Of a stretch of DNA of 64,000 nucleotides, positions 53,173 to 64,000 are shown in pieces. A model generated the notes under the pieces. It did not search any database. It was not told the DNA's origin and saw only the letters and a list, made by a program, of their open reading frames with translations. A program made the position numbers and the translations under genes. Every line of letters starts with the position of its first letter. The first letter of the stretch is position 1. The stretch is from Microthyrium microscopicum (taxonomy: Eukaryota): assembly GCA_010405405.1 (NCBI GenBank), contig MU004240.1, positions 820,316 to 884,315 on the forward strand. Reading direction: 5' to 3'.

Positions 53173-53796
53173 CAAGACCCTTTCATAAATTCACAAAATT
53201 CTAAGCTTATGTCTCCTCCGCCAATGATAGAACTATATTCCTAGCCATGCAAGCCTTTTCACGCCATTCTTAACCCCGTTTTCAATCTTATCGAGTAACA
53301 ATCCTGGTATTCAGTCCTTCTTCATCTCCGCGAATTAAAGTTGAATATCAAGAAGCTTGAGTCTGAAATACTTTGTGATATCATACACGACTACCCTTAT
53401 CAACCTCACTCCACCTTGCGTCCTCGTCCTAGAAAAAGATTGTAGATATGGAAATTGCTCTCTAGTCCAAAGACTGGATCGAAATTGCAAGACCTTTGTA
53501 CTATCTAGAGCTTGTTTACCCTCTCAGTACTCTATAAAGTCGTGATTTCTACTCGATTTTCCACGCAGTCACAGGTGGTTACGCTCCGCTTGATGATAGA
53601 AACATACTATTATGATCAACGAATTTATGATCAGCGGCATCTATATTCCTGCAGTCAGGTCTCAGCCTGGCGGTACGCCGATGCTTGCTTCTTTTTATAC
53701 CATCATCTTGAGTGCGGCGAGTAAAGCCGAACAAATATCCAAGACCAGTGTTCATGTGCCGAGTTTTCAGACTCTCAAAACTCCTTCGACTCAAAA

Positions 53797-55102
53797 ATGG
53801 ATGTAGCAAAGTGTATAGAGCTACACAATCGCATCGTCAAATATGCCATGGACAAGACCTCACCATATCGGACCATCAACGTGACGAGGAGCTGGTTTTC
53901 ATTCTATGGATCCGAAGCAGAAGAGCTCCGTGAAGTCCTCACACCTCCAGTCATTCATTTCCTGGAAGGCATTGATATCGTGGACCCAGATGTTCTCCCT
54001 TTCCTTCCGATATTCGATGGTATTGCGAATCCTTCGGAGATGCGTGATGAGTTTATGCCTGAGAGTTGGATCTTGTTGTATCAAACGATAGAAAACGAGT
54101 TTGACGATAAGGGACTAATGCTAGACCTGGGTAGAGATGGCGCGTGTTCTTTCTTTGATGACGTTGATTCCCTTATGGAGCCCAATTTCTCCGGGCATTG
54201 GATCTCGCTTGAGGTTGCGCTTCAATTTTATTTGCGAAGGATTGAAGTTGGGCAGTTTGCTTTGTTGCCTGGCTCTGTCCATGATCCAGTTCCCTGTTGG
54301 GTAAGCTCAAGATCTTTCATGACTTACGTCGTTGCTTTGACTGAATGATTGTACTGATGCACTGCAGATAATGCTGCCATACTCAGAATCCGAGCTAGAA
54401 CTGACTCTAGACACATGGCATGATTATCTCGAGGAGATGATCCACAAATACCCCAATCAGGCCAAAATCGCACAAGAAGAGCAAGAAGAATATGGCTGGT
54501 TCACCACCCAGCGTCTCGACGAGCACAACGTCCAAGGCTTCGCACGAGAATTCATGTCCAAAGCTCGCAAACCACCACCCTCTATCAAGTATATCGCGCC
54601 TACCCTGCGGATCTTGGACACAGAGACCTTGACAGCCATCACCGCCTACAAGCGCCTAAAACACGCTACTGACCACGCCTTCAGAGATGACTATTCGTTC
54701 CTTCTCTTTCCTGGAGATGCTTTCAGCACCTGGTCTGTATCGGATCGAGGAGCAAAGGCAGAGGCCTGGGAGAGGCTGTTCTTGCTTGATAAACGAGCTG
54801 GACTATATGTCATACCTTCGCAGAATAAGATGGCTGAGATTGGTGATGTAGTTGAGCTGCTCACGCCGACTTCTGTGGACGGGTCTTGTATGGGCATCTT
54901 CAAGTATGGTCCAAATTGCCCGTTGATGGGAGAGCATGGAGTGCGGTTGCATGATGTTATCAACATTTGGAGACGGCTGTTGTGCGATAGCGAGTTGTGG
55001 TCTGTAGGTGCTGATGGCATTCAAGGCGGTGTTGAGGCGTGGAAACTGGTTGAGACGAATGCGGAGTCTTTTAAACCTGATTCTATATGTATGACTCTGT
55101 AA
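53797..55102 (+). CDS. Fungal hypothetical protein (about 412 aa); exons 53797-54300 and 54368-55102
   Basis: Two long ORFs are joined in frame by intron GTAAGC..CTGAT..CAG; start context caaaaATGG. No catalytic motif recognised. Confidence 0.8.
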
Positions 55103-55185
55103 AGGCAGTCAACTTGTCTGAGGTCTGTCACCGCTTAATCCCTAAATATCAGCTCGATGCCATTGCCATAGCATAGGCGGTCCTG

Positions 55186-56148
55186 TTATATATCAACTAT
55201 CTGAATAGCATTCCCCAGCTTTCCAGTATTATTCACAGAGAGAGCTGCGTTCACCATAAGCGTGCCCTTTGCATCTCCTCCCCATACTCGATCCCATATC
55301 ACACCTGTCACCCCATAGAATATCACCCTTAACGCATCCATCCACAGGTGCAAACTAATCAGCTGCCTTATAAACCCCTTCCGTCCCTCTCGCGCCATAC
55401 TTCCTTCATACACTTCCTGCATATCATCCCATCTTACGAGCTCTCTTCCAGCACCAGCATGTACATGCCCAAACACATGCAATACTGGCCTAATCTTCCA
55501 CACCTCCCTCAGCAAAAACACACATCCTAGCCACGGATACTGCAAATCAAGATGATATTTTGGCGGCGTATGCGTGACGAGCACATCTGTCTTCCGCGGC
55601 ACCGTATCCGTCCACGCGTCTAATATACGATCATACTGGAATGCGAAATTGGATCCACCACACTTTGGAATCTGCGGTGCGCCATATATACACAATACGC
55701 GCCCATTCTCAAACTTGAGCTTAGTACCGCTATGCTGCAGGTAGGTTATATCTTTCCAATCCAGCGTCTCCGCCTGCTCTTCAGGGCTCAGTGTAGTTCG
55801 TGACCGCGGGTCTAGGTAGGTATCGTGGTTACCTGCGATGACTATCTTGTGCGCGTGTGGGAGGCTGGCGAGCCAGTCGATTTGTGCTTGTATTTCGGAT
55901 ACTGTGCCCTTGTTTGCGAGGTCGCCAGCGTGAATGAGGAGATCGCCGGACGGGATTGAGCAGAGTTTGGTATGGGTGTCGGATATGCAGATTACGCGGA
56001 CGCAAGACTTGGAGGATGGTTTGGGGGTTGAGTAGAGGGCGTTGAAGCTGTGGTAGAGGTTTGTGATGATGAATTGGAGGGGCGAGGTTAGGATGCGTTC
56101 GCGGAGGGTTGGTGGGTCGAAGATGTTGCGGGAGGATGTGCCCAGCAT
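55186..56148 (-). CDS. Calcineurin-like metallophosphoesterase (MPPED/239FB-like)
   Basis: Motifs CISDTH, IHAGDL, IAGNHD, VTHTPP and VFGHVH in a single 320-aa ORF. Confidence 0.93.
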   Translation of the reverse strand: MLGTSSRNIFDPPTLRERILTSPLQFIITNLYHSFNALYSTPKPSSKSCVRVICISDTHTKLCSIPSGDLLIHAGDLANKGTVSEIQAQIDWLASLPHAHKIVIAGNHDTYLDPRSRTTLSPEEQAETLDWKDITYLQHSGTKLKFENGRVLCIYGAPQIPKCGGSNFAFQYDRILDAWTDTVPRKTDVLVTHTPPKYHLDLQYPWLGCVFLLREVWKIRPVLHVFGHVHAGAGRELVRWDDMQEVYEGSMAREGRKGFIRQLISLHLWMDALRVIFYGVTGVIWDRVWGGDAKGTLMVNAALSVNNTGKLGNAIQIVDI

Positions 56149-57107
56149 TGTGAGGAATAGAGAGATTTATTGGATTAGGGATGAGATGAGTGTATTCGTG
56201 TCAATTGCACTTTTTGATGCTCATTTTATGCTGGTTGCGTCGGATGAATGACGCAGGAGCTGGAGGCAGTTGGATCGATCATGGATCGTTGCGGCTCTTT
56301 CCTACGTGGCTGGCAAATCAAAAGCTTCTTCCTGACCTTTTCTCCTGGAGATCTGTTCGTTCTTGAATTGACACTACTGAGGTTCAACTTTCCGGTGAGA
56401 CTTTTTGTCATTAAATCCTTGAGAATTGGATTGATCTATGTCTCATGCGGCTCGTCTTGCTTCACTGAATACTCAGTAGTATGTAAAACGCATATTGCTA
56501 CCCTCACCGCAGTATCCCGTTTGCTTGACATGAATCAAGTGATTTGAGGAGGCTCTGCATTTTGATCTCAATTGCAGATGCAAAGGTTGTGAGAGCGTTC
56601 GAGACATGGGTAACGGCATTCGCAAGCAAGTGAAAGACACGAGAAGCTATTTTTGGAGCTTGATATCTGGTGGCAAACAGCAACAACAAGAATCTGTTTA
56701 ACACAACGCTTGTGGGTCCAGCTTGACTGGCAACAGTTTACAAACTCACAGCTATTTTCAACATTGCAGTTCTATACATAACTTTACAATTTGCATGACA
56801 AGAATTCAATACTGTCAATACTTTTCGTCTGCGTTTCACCAGTCAAAGGATTCAAGCCCCTGTCAGATCCGACTCAAAAGCAGCTGCCTTCCGCTCAATC
56901 AAGACCAACTGCGCCTCAAACAACTTGTCCTTTCAAGATTGTATATACTAGTACTGTCAACCCTTTCCGCTTGATAGTTCAGATTGCTCTGCATTTTCTC
57001 GAATCTCATTGACAAGGCCTGAACTCTAGTGATAGATTGTCACACTGTCCAGCTAGTTAGAGTTGATCGATATATCCACAAGACGAAGTCAACCCCCGCT
57101 CCCCGAA

Positions 57108-58342
57108 ATGGGAGGCCCATCAAAAACCAGCAATGGTCGCCCTTATCGCGATGATCCATCTATGGATGATGCAGTGTCTCTGCATACAACTACGACTGTA
57201 GATTTCGATGATGCACCGGAACTGAGAACCATCGAATCCGATACATTGGCCGTACCGCCACCATATACCGACCATGACGAGAATCAGCAGCAGAGTACCG
57301 GCCACCATGTGTCTGATGTGCCATACAACTCCTACAACTTATCCGATCTCGATGCAGCCAAGACTCTGGACGATGGGACAAAAGTGCTCCTTGGAGTCTA
57401 CCAGAACGACCCCAAAGGCATGGAAGCAGCCTTGAACAAGTGGGCACAAGTGCCTCCCATCAAGATTGTACAGATTCGAGGCACCCATCAAGAGACTACC
57501 AAGAATGGCGACAAAAAGGAGCAGAAGAGGGTTACAGATTTCGATGTTAAGCTCCGGCTGACAGAGTATCTGTTCACACATCCAGGAAGAAATGCCTGGG
57601 CGGAATTGCGGACTATTGAAAATCATACAAAGGCCTATAGAGGTACTGTTCTTAAGACAGTAGATCGGGCTGCCAATATGGAAAGGACTAAGCCTTCAGT
57701 AAAGGAGTGGTGCCACATGTATGATGCAAGTCATGCTGTGCTGAAGAAGTAAGTCAGCCAAATTGGTCGGAACGACCTCGCTAATCTGTAACAAGGTTTC
57801 GCTTCAAGAGATATGCCACTGGATTGGACGAGAAGTTCTTGACAGAACGACTTGAAAACTTGGTTCGAGCAACAAACTACAAAGGCCATCTCGTCATTTC
57901 ATTTCCGGTTGAAAATCCAGGAGTTGATATATTCAACGACCACTGGATAAATCGTTGGCGAAATACTCGCTGGATCTTCCTTTTGTTCTGTATTTCGATG
58001 CTTTGGATCATCACATGGCCAGTTCTCTTTTTCTTGACTAAGAAGTACGAAGTCGTGAGAGCAGATTGGCCATTTTCATATCATGATGAGTTTGGCAACG
58101 GCCAGCGACAGTTTGCTACTATAAGTGAAAAACAATGGTTTGCCAAGTGGCAAAAGCTTATTGCAAAGGCCATTGTTTCCAAGCGAGAGACCGTCCTCAC
58201 TGAAGAGGATCTGGTTATCGTTGATGAATCTCTTCCCCAATATGGAGACCCCACAATTGACTCTGCCATCAACTTCCTTGGAGCTGGAATTCGAACGTAT
58301 CAAGAAGTCAATCGACAGGTCGGCTGGGGTTATGACACTTGA
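57108..58342 (+). CDS. Fungal hypothetical membrane protein (one TM helix); exons 57108-57748 and 57796-58342
   Basis: Two ORFs are joined in frame by intron GTAAGT..CTAAT..AAG; PPPY motif near the N-terminus; hydrophobic WIFLLFCISMLWIITWPVLFFL. Confidence 0.82.
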
Positions 58343-58723
58343 TAATTAGCAGCATCGGTACTTCCAATGCAGTTGCTTTCGGACCTCAATCCTGGGCTAC
58401 TGGTGCTTCCAGTTGTTAATGCTTTCCCGTTATTTCTTCATGATTGTGCTTTCCCTGTATGTTGCGAAGAATGTAGAAAGGACACTGCAGATGACACCAT
58501 GTTCTATTTGTAATGCCCTTATGAATTTCCTGTTCCTTACGGACAAGCTTCGTCTCTTTCAATTCTTGGTTCATATGCATCGTAGTATTAGCTGCAGCAT
58601 TCTCTCTTTTCTACTTTATCCTTTAACCTCGAATCATTATTTCCAAACCTCTTATCCCTAATCCATCCTTTAGCCTCAGTCCTGGATTGTCCATCATATT
58701 CTTCACGATAGATTGAGGAAGCA

Positions 58724-60510
58724 ATGTCGACTTCTGACCACGCCAAAACCTCAGAGCTCCGTGACGCCGAAGCTCAAGGACGTACTCTAGTTGCCATCGC
58801 GCCAGTCTTGATCACAGATATTTCTAGATGTGAATCAATCACGGTGGATATCGTCGAGTCCAGTTCACCTAGAGAATCACCTCAGCCTTTTCTCGAAATG
58901 ACTAGCTCACGACTCGTCTCTCCTCCTGGTGAAACGCGCGACGGGGATCCTGATGGAAGACTGTCCAGAAATCGCCAAACCCATAGAATGACCGCGCTTG
59001 TTCGTCGTTTGCACATGTCTTCAAATCCGAATCTTCATGAGCCACATCGATCAAGCGATGAGCACCCTCGGCAGCGACTCGAAGGGAGTATCTCCACGCA
59101 GCGCTCAAGTTTATCTACCACACACCGCTCAAGTTTAGCCTGGAGCATACTATCTACCACCACCAGTGAAGAGGCTGACCCATTTGGTCTCAAAGCTCGT
59201 CGACGAAGTAGCGCTCCTGCAACGCTACGCGCCAGGGACCGATATCGAGATCTGGCAGTATCTTTTCTCCCGTTCACGCTTCAGATCCCGTCATCAGATG
59301 AAGAGGATTCCAGCAGTCAAGGTGGCGGCCGGAGATGGTCAAAATCTTCTCGATCGACAAGCGGAACTGCGGACAACAATGCTACTGGATCTGATGCGCA
59401 CCCGAATGCGGATGGCCGACGCTGGTCTGCATACGCCATGCCAATCATTCTGAAGAGGGCGAGCACGACTGGCTCTGTAGATATCAAGACTCTTCAACAC
59501 GCTTACTACGAGGTAGGTCTCGTGATTATTCGCGCAGACTACAATAAACTAACGTCTCGCAGAGCTTTCAGAAAGGCGAATCAAGCAACAGACCTCCGCT
59601 AGCATCCGACCTCGAGCATAAAGAGGCCCTTGTCTCTGTGGTAACAGACAAGCACGAAGTTCATGGCGTCCCTCTTCCGCTCGACTTGACGAGCACTCCT
59701 GACCATGGCTCCACTGTTATAGGTGATGGTCACGAAACCTTTGAGGTCTCCTGGCATGACAGTACTTCTCCTGAGCGAAGCACCTACCTCAGTCCTGATC
59801 ACCATAGGCCTCTTTTTGTGTCACCTTTGAAAGATGCATACTTCTCAGAAGAAGACGAGCAATCTGAACTACCCTTGGACCGAGTCAATACCAAACTAAG
59901 CCATTGGGATTGGCATAGGCACACCGTAGTCCAAGGTTCAAAAGTAAATCACAGAAAGCAACACCACTCTTCTGAGCACTCATCTGTTCCGTCAACTCCA
60001 TGCAAATCCGCTTCACGGAACAGCGAAGTTGTAGTGTCCGGCAGTCAGTCTCAAGTAGAATCACAGAACCCCAGCAGGCGTGTCTCCGATTCTGACACTC
60101 ATATCCGCTTTGGCTCTCTTCCTGAGCGTAATGAATCTGGCGCATCTACTCCAGTTACCGTTGAAGTCTATGACGATACTGACGGACCGCCTGGCTCAAC
60201 GCGTGAGCTCTCCTGGGATAACCATTCAGAACCTGATACCTCAATTGTCGCACCACACGAAGGTACTGAGCACCTCGATGTCATCAATTCAGATCCAACT
60301 ACACCTCTACGAGATCGAGTATTGTCCAATCTGTCAAGCTCACATGTCCACTTTCGAGACCATCGGGACAGCCTAGAATTAGTTCGTCACAGGATCTTGA
60401 GATACAGAGGAAGTCACGTAACCGGCCGAAGAATATCAGGGACTCGCCGGAGTGTGACAATAAACACAGAAGAAATTGTTTTTGACGAGAAGAATGAGGC
60501 TGAAGATTGA
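58724..60510 (+). CDS. Ser/Arg/Asp-rich, probably disordered hypothetical protein (about 578 aa); exons 58724-59512 and 59563-60510
   Basis: Two roughly 290-aa ORFs are joined in frame by the 50-nt intron GTAGGT..CTAAC..CAG. Confidence 0.75.
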
Positions 60511-61104
60511 GCGTTTTATCATGTAATTTCCTAAATACCTATTACTGTCCACGCTGGAATTACAAAAAATCATTGCTGTGATATTGTGCTGAGTTGGAAT
60601 TTTTATTTGCTGGATATATACTGTTTGATTGCAATTTTATCTCAAGGCTTCTAAGCGGTGATATTCATTATGGGAGAATGAATATCACGACCTGCACTGA
60701 TGACGACCTTAACTAATTCGGGATCTAGCATACACGTAATAAAAGACGGGCGAGTCTTTTCCCTTGTAATACCCCCCTTCAAATCTTCGGATCACGTTGG
60801 GTGTGGGTTAAGTTTTTGTTCCCAGAGTGTACGGGGTCAATCCTCGGGGAGGTCAAATTTTTTTGGCCCGTTTTTTCCCTGATAATGGTTTATTCTGATT
60901 TGCCTTGGATAGCTTTGGATAATTTTGATCTTTTTCTGGTCAAAATAATAAGTTGTGGCGTTGGGAAAGGTTCACGATGTTGATTTTGGAGCTCAAACAG
61001 TGACGGATGATGGGTCGCTCGTCACTGCCCACACATAGGTCCAACCCCGAATATTTTATTATGCTATTGAGGCTGTGTAGACTGGTAGTTCAATTCTTGT
61101 CTTC

Positions 61105-61664
61105 TCAAGATGAGGGATATCGTTCTCCTTGATCCCACTGTTCATGGTTAGTACGTCTCCCAAAAAGCTCACACCAAAACTGCCAACTTACGTGCTCAGC
61201 AATGCAGCCACCATCCCATCTAAATCGATCGACGATCTCTCCCATCCCACCAGACTTATAATTCACCCAAGACATGGGGCTCTTGAATGTGGAGCGTATG
61301 TACGTGTGCTTGGTATTGTCCCAAATCGGACTGAGAATACCCCAGGCGGAGGCAGACCCATTCTTAGCCATTGGATTATGATTCTGACAATCAGTCTACT
61401 TAGCACGGATAATAAAAGCGCGATTCATGGAGCTCTTACGATATAGTCGGCAGCAATGTACTCAAAGGACTTGTAGATGGACTTTTGCTTGCCCACAAAC
61501 ACCTCGACGAAAGCGTCAAAGCGAGCTTTCGTCTCAGCTTCGCTCGGAGGAGGACTCTGGCGTTTGCATGGTGTAGGTGCTGCTTTGCCTCCTCCTCGCT
61601 GGGGGACGGCAAGTACCACGAGAGGCGTGGCGAGGAGTGCCGTGAACCAGGTGAGTACGCGCAT
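61105..61664 (-). CDS. Small secreted SnoaL/NTF2-like protein (149 aa); exons 61664-61440, 61383-61192, 61137-61105
   Basis: Signal peptide MRVLTWFTALLATPLVVLA; YIAADYI|NHNP..NG and IVDRFRWDGGCIAEH|WD are SnoaL-like signatures. Both introns are GTAAG..CAG, phase 0. Confidence 0.85.
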
Positions 61665-62201
61665 CGTCAAGACAGTACTTGAATATGTTGGAAGTGGAAT
61701 CGAAGTCGCACGCTAGAGGGAATCATGGACTCCGATTTTGGGGAGTGACTAGAATATATACTCTTATGGTCATCTAATCTATATAATCTCCTCTCATTTG
61801 CCATAGGGCTGGTGTAAGGTACTGCTCCGAGAGCTTGAGAAAAGAGATAGCATAACTGTAGCTTATCGTAGAGCATCGGAAATGAAAGGATATATTGTAG
61901 GGAAACTATACGGAAAATGCACCGGTACATGCTATCCAGTGGACAGTTGTCCGGCGTGCTCCAGGCACTTTACCAGAATCCAGGATAGAGATGTAGTTGA
62001 CAGGATATGAAGTCTGAGCGGCTATATATTGTAGCAGCTAAGTAGGACGTCGTGGATGCGGAAGCCAGAACCCTGCATGCGCGCCGTACATGTGCCAAAC
62101 GGAGCTAAATCCACCAGAAGCGGTGGTATTTGGTTCCGATCATTTCAGAGCTTGAGAACCTTACCGTGCTTACTTACCTCATCTACAAAATCTTTCTAAC
62201 A

Positions 62202-63750
62202 ATGGCCGATATCTTCGACTTTGGATCCCTTGAAACTCCGCTTTCTGAAAAGACGGCACAGAAATTGGACAGTGAACATGGAATTTCTCAGCGCGAACAT
62301 TTCGTGATTCCGACGCAAGCCGATCTAAAGAGGCGAACCATCACAGCATCCAAAAATGGTATGTGCAAAAAACCGATGTCTCTGAACCTCTAAAACCAAA
62401 AGCATATTACTAATCGACACGCCAGACACTGCTCAGGAAAACCACAAATCCTCAATATACGTCTGTGGCAATTCCCTAGGTCTACAGCCAAAATGTACCA
62501 AGACATATATCGAGCGCTACCTCTCCACCTGGAGTACACAAGGAGTCTACGGGCATTTCAAATCACTCGACGATGAGCTCACGAAACCATGGATGAACAT
62601 TGACGACCAAGCCAGCGCCGCCATGGCACCCATCGTCGGCGCCACCCCCAACGAAGTCGCCGTCATGGAAACACTGACCGCCAACTTACACTTCCTGCTC
62701 GCCAGCTTCTACAAGCCCACCGCATACAAATACAAGATCCTCATTGAAGGCAAAGCATTCCCAAGTGACCACTTTGCTGTGCAAAGCCATCTCGCGCAGC
62801 ACAACTACTCTGCCCGCGAAGCACTCGTGCTTCTGGAACCGGATGATAGTGACAAACACTATTTTTCTACACAGCATATTCTAGACACTATCACTGAGCA
62901 CGCTGGATCGCTGGCTCTTATTCTACTGCCAGGCATTCACTTCTACAGCGGCCAATTCTTCGACATCAAAAACATCACTGCGCACGCTCACGCACACAAC
63001 GTTCTCATCGGCTGGGATCTCGCGCACGCAGCTGGTAATGTCCCTCTCCAACTACACGACTGGGACGTTGATTTCGCCGCGTGGTGCACGTATAAATACC
63101 TCAACAGCGGACCAGGCTGCATCGGCGCACTATTTGTGCACGACCGCCACACCGCAGTCGCGAACTCACCGGAGAAGGCATTAGAGAGTAGTAGTGCGCC
63201 TAATGATGTGTTGACGGGTGGTCTTGAGGCGGAGAAACGCTTTGGTTTTCGTCATCGGCTATGTGGTTGGTGGGGCAGCAGTAAGACGACGCGGTTTGAG
63301 ATGGATAATGTGTTTGTTCCGATTGCGGGTGCGGCTGGGTGGCAGGTGAGTAATCCGAGTGCGTTGGATACGACGAGCGTACTTGCGAGTTTGAGTGTGT
63401 TTGAGCGCGCAGGTAGTGTTGTGGAGTTACGGAAGCGGAGTGTGTTGTTGACGGGGTACTTGGAGTATTTGCTGCTCAACTGGCCGACAGTAGATGGCGG
63501 ACAGCGGCCGTATACGCTGCTGACGCCGGTGAACCCGGAGGAGCGCGGAGCACAGATTAGTGTGCGGCTGGATCCGGGGTTGCTGGATGGTGTGGTGGTG
63601 GATTTGGAGGCAGAGGCCGTGGTGGTGGATGAGAGAAAGCCGGATGTTATTCGAGTTGCGCCGACGCCGCTTTACAATACGTTTAGCGATGTATGGAACT
63701 TTGTGGACATTTTGTCACGGTCACTGGAGAAGCGTAGGAAAGCATCATAA
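62202..63750 (+). CDS. BNA5: Kynureninase (PLP-dependent, de novo NAD pathway); exons 62202-62358 and 62426-63750
   Basis: YVCGNSLGLQPK, EVAVMETLTANLH, AFPSDHFA, GWDLAHAAGNVPLQLHDWDVDFAAWCTYKYLNSGPG (PLP lysine), RLCGWWG and IRVAPTPLYN. Confidence 0.96.
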
Positions 63751-63881
63751 GCGAATAAGTTTCTTCAGTATAGCATTAGCGAAGAATAGACAGACACACA
63801 ACTCATATATCCAAACCGAATTGCGCCGCCGAATGAAAATGCAACAGTCATACACAAAACGCCTGAGAGAAGCAACCGACG

Positions 63882-64000
63882 CTATGCCTTGCGCGCAAAG
63901 GCAAACAAGTTATCCATCTGCACCCACTGGCGACCATTACGGTCCAGATATCCCTTAACCACATCGCGCGCCGTTTCAAAGCGCTGGCGATTACACTCGG
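63882..64000 (-). CDS. Possible 3' end of a gene convergent with kynureninase, truncated by the window edge
   Basis: Open frame ECNRQRFETARDVVKGYLDRNGRQWVQMDNLFAFARKA* in GC-rich sequence; too short to be certain. Confidence 0.4.
   Translation of the reverse strand, partial: ECNRQRFETARDVVKGYLDRNGRQWVQMDNLFAFARKA

Noticed and set aside
53137..53179. 9-bp hairpin GGTCTTGTA...TACAAGACC suggesting a Helitron-like 3' end
   Set aside because: Explained by the target site CAAGAC resembling an internal TIR segment; no Helitron terminus or Rep/helicase was recognised.
60717..61052. Possible degenerate MITE with weak inverted ends TTCGGG...CCCGAA
   Set aside because: Only about 6 exact terminal bases match and no convincing TSD is present; it would need other genomic copies for support.

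Overview
Filamentous ascomycete genomic DNA with spliceosomal GT-AG introns and CTRAC branch sites, in three blocks. The left arm (1-18.2 kb) is gene-rich: a CFEM/GPI protein, an 84-aa three-exon repeat microprotein missed by the ORF track, a CBM18-CE4 chitin deacetylase with a TM anchor, an MDR-family reductase, a Zn2Cys6 transcription factor, a cytochrome P450 and a GH16 Crh-type transglycosylase. The right arm (53.2-64 kb) is also gene-rich: three hypothetical proteins, a metallophosphoesterase, a secreted SnoaL-like protein and kynureninase. Between them is a 35-kb, extremely AT/TpA-rich, RIP-mutated island. Main finding: the whole island (18201-53172) is bounded by a 66-bp terminal inverted repeat and a 6-bp direct repeat (CAAGAC). 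It contains a RIP-degraded IS3/IS481-like DDE transposase, so it looks like one large IS3EU-type DNA transposon of about 20 kb net, with several degraded passenger ORFs. Two full-length chromodomain Ty3/Gypsy retrotransposons later inserted into it, each with a 5-bp TSD. All gene models and de-RIP translations were read by eye; no database searches were run.
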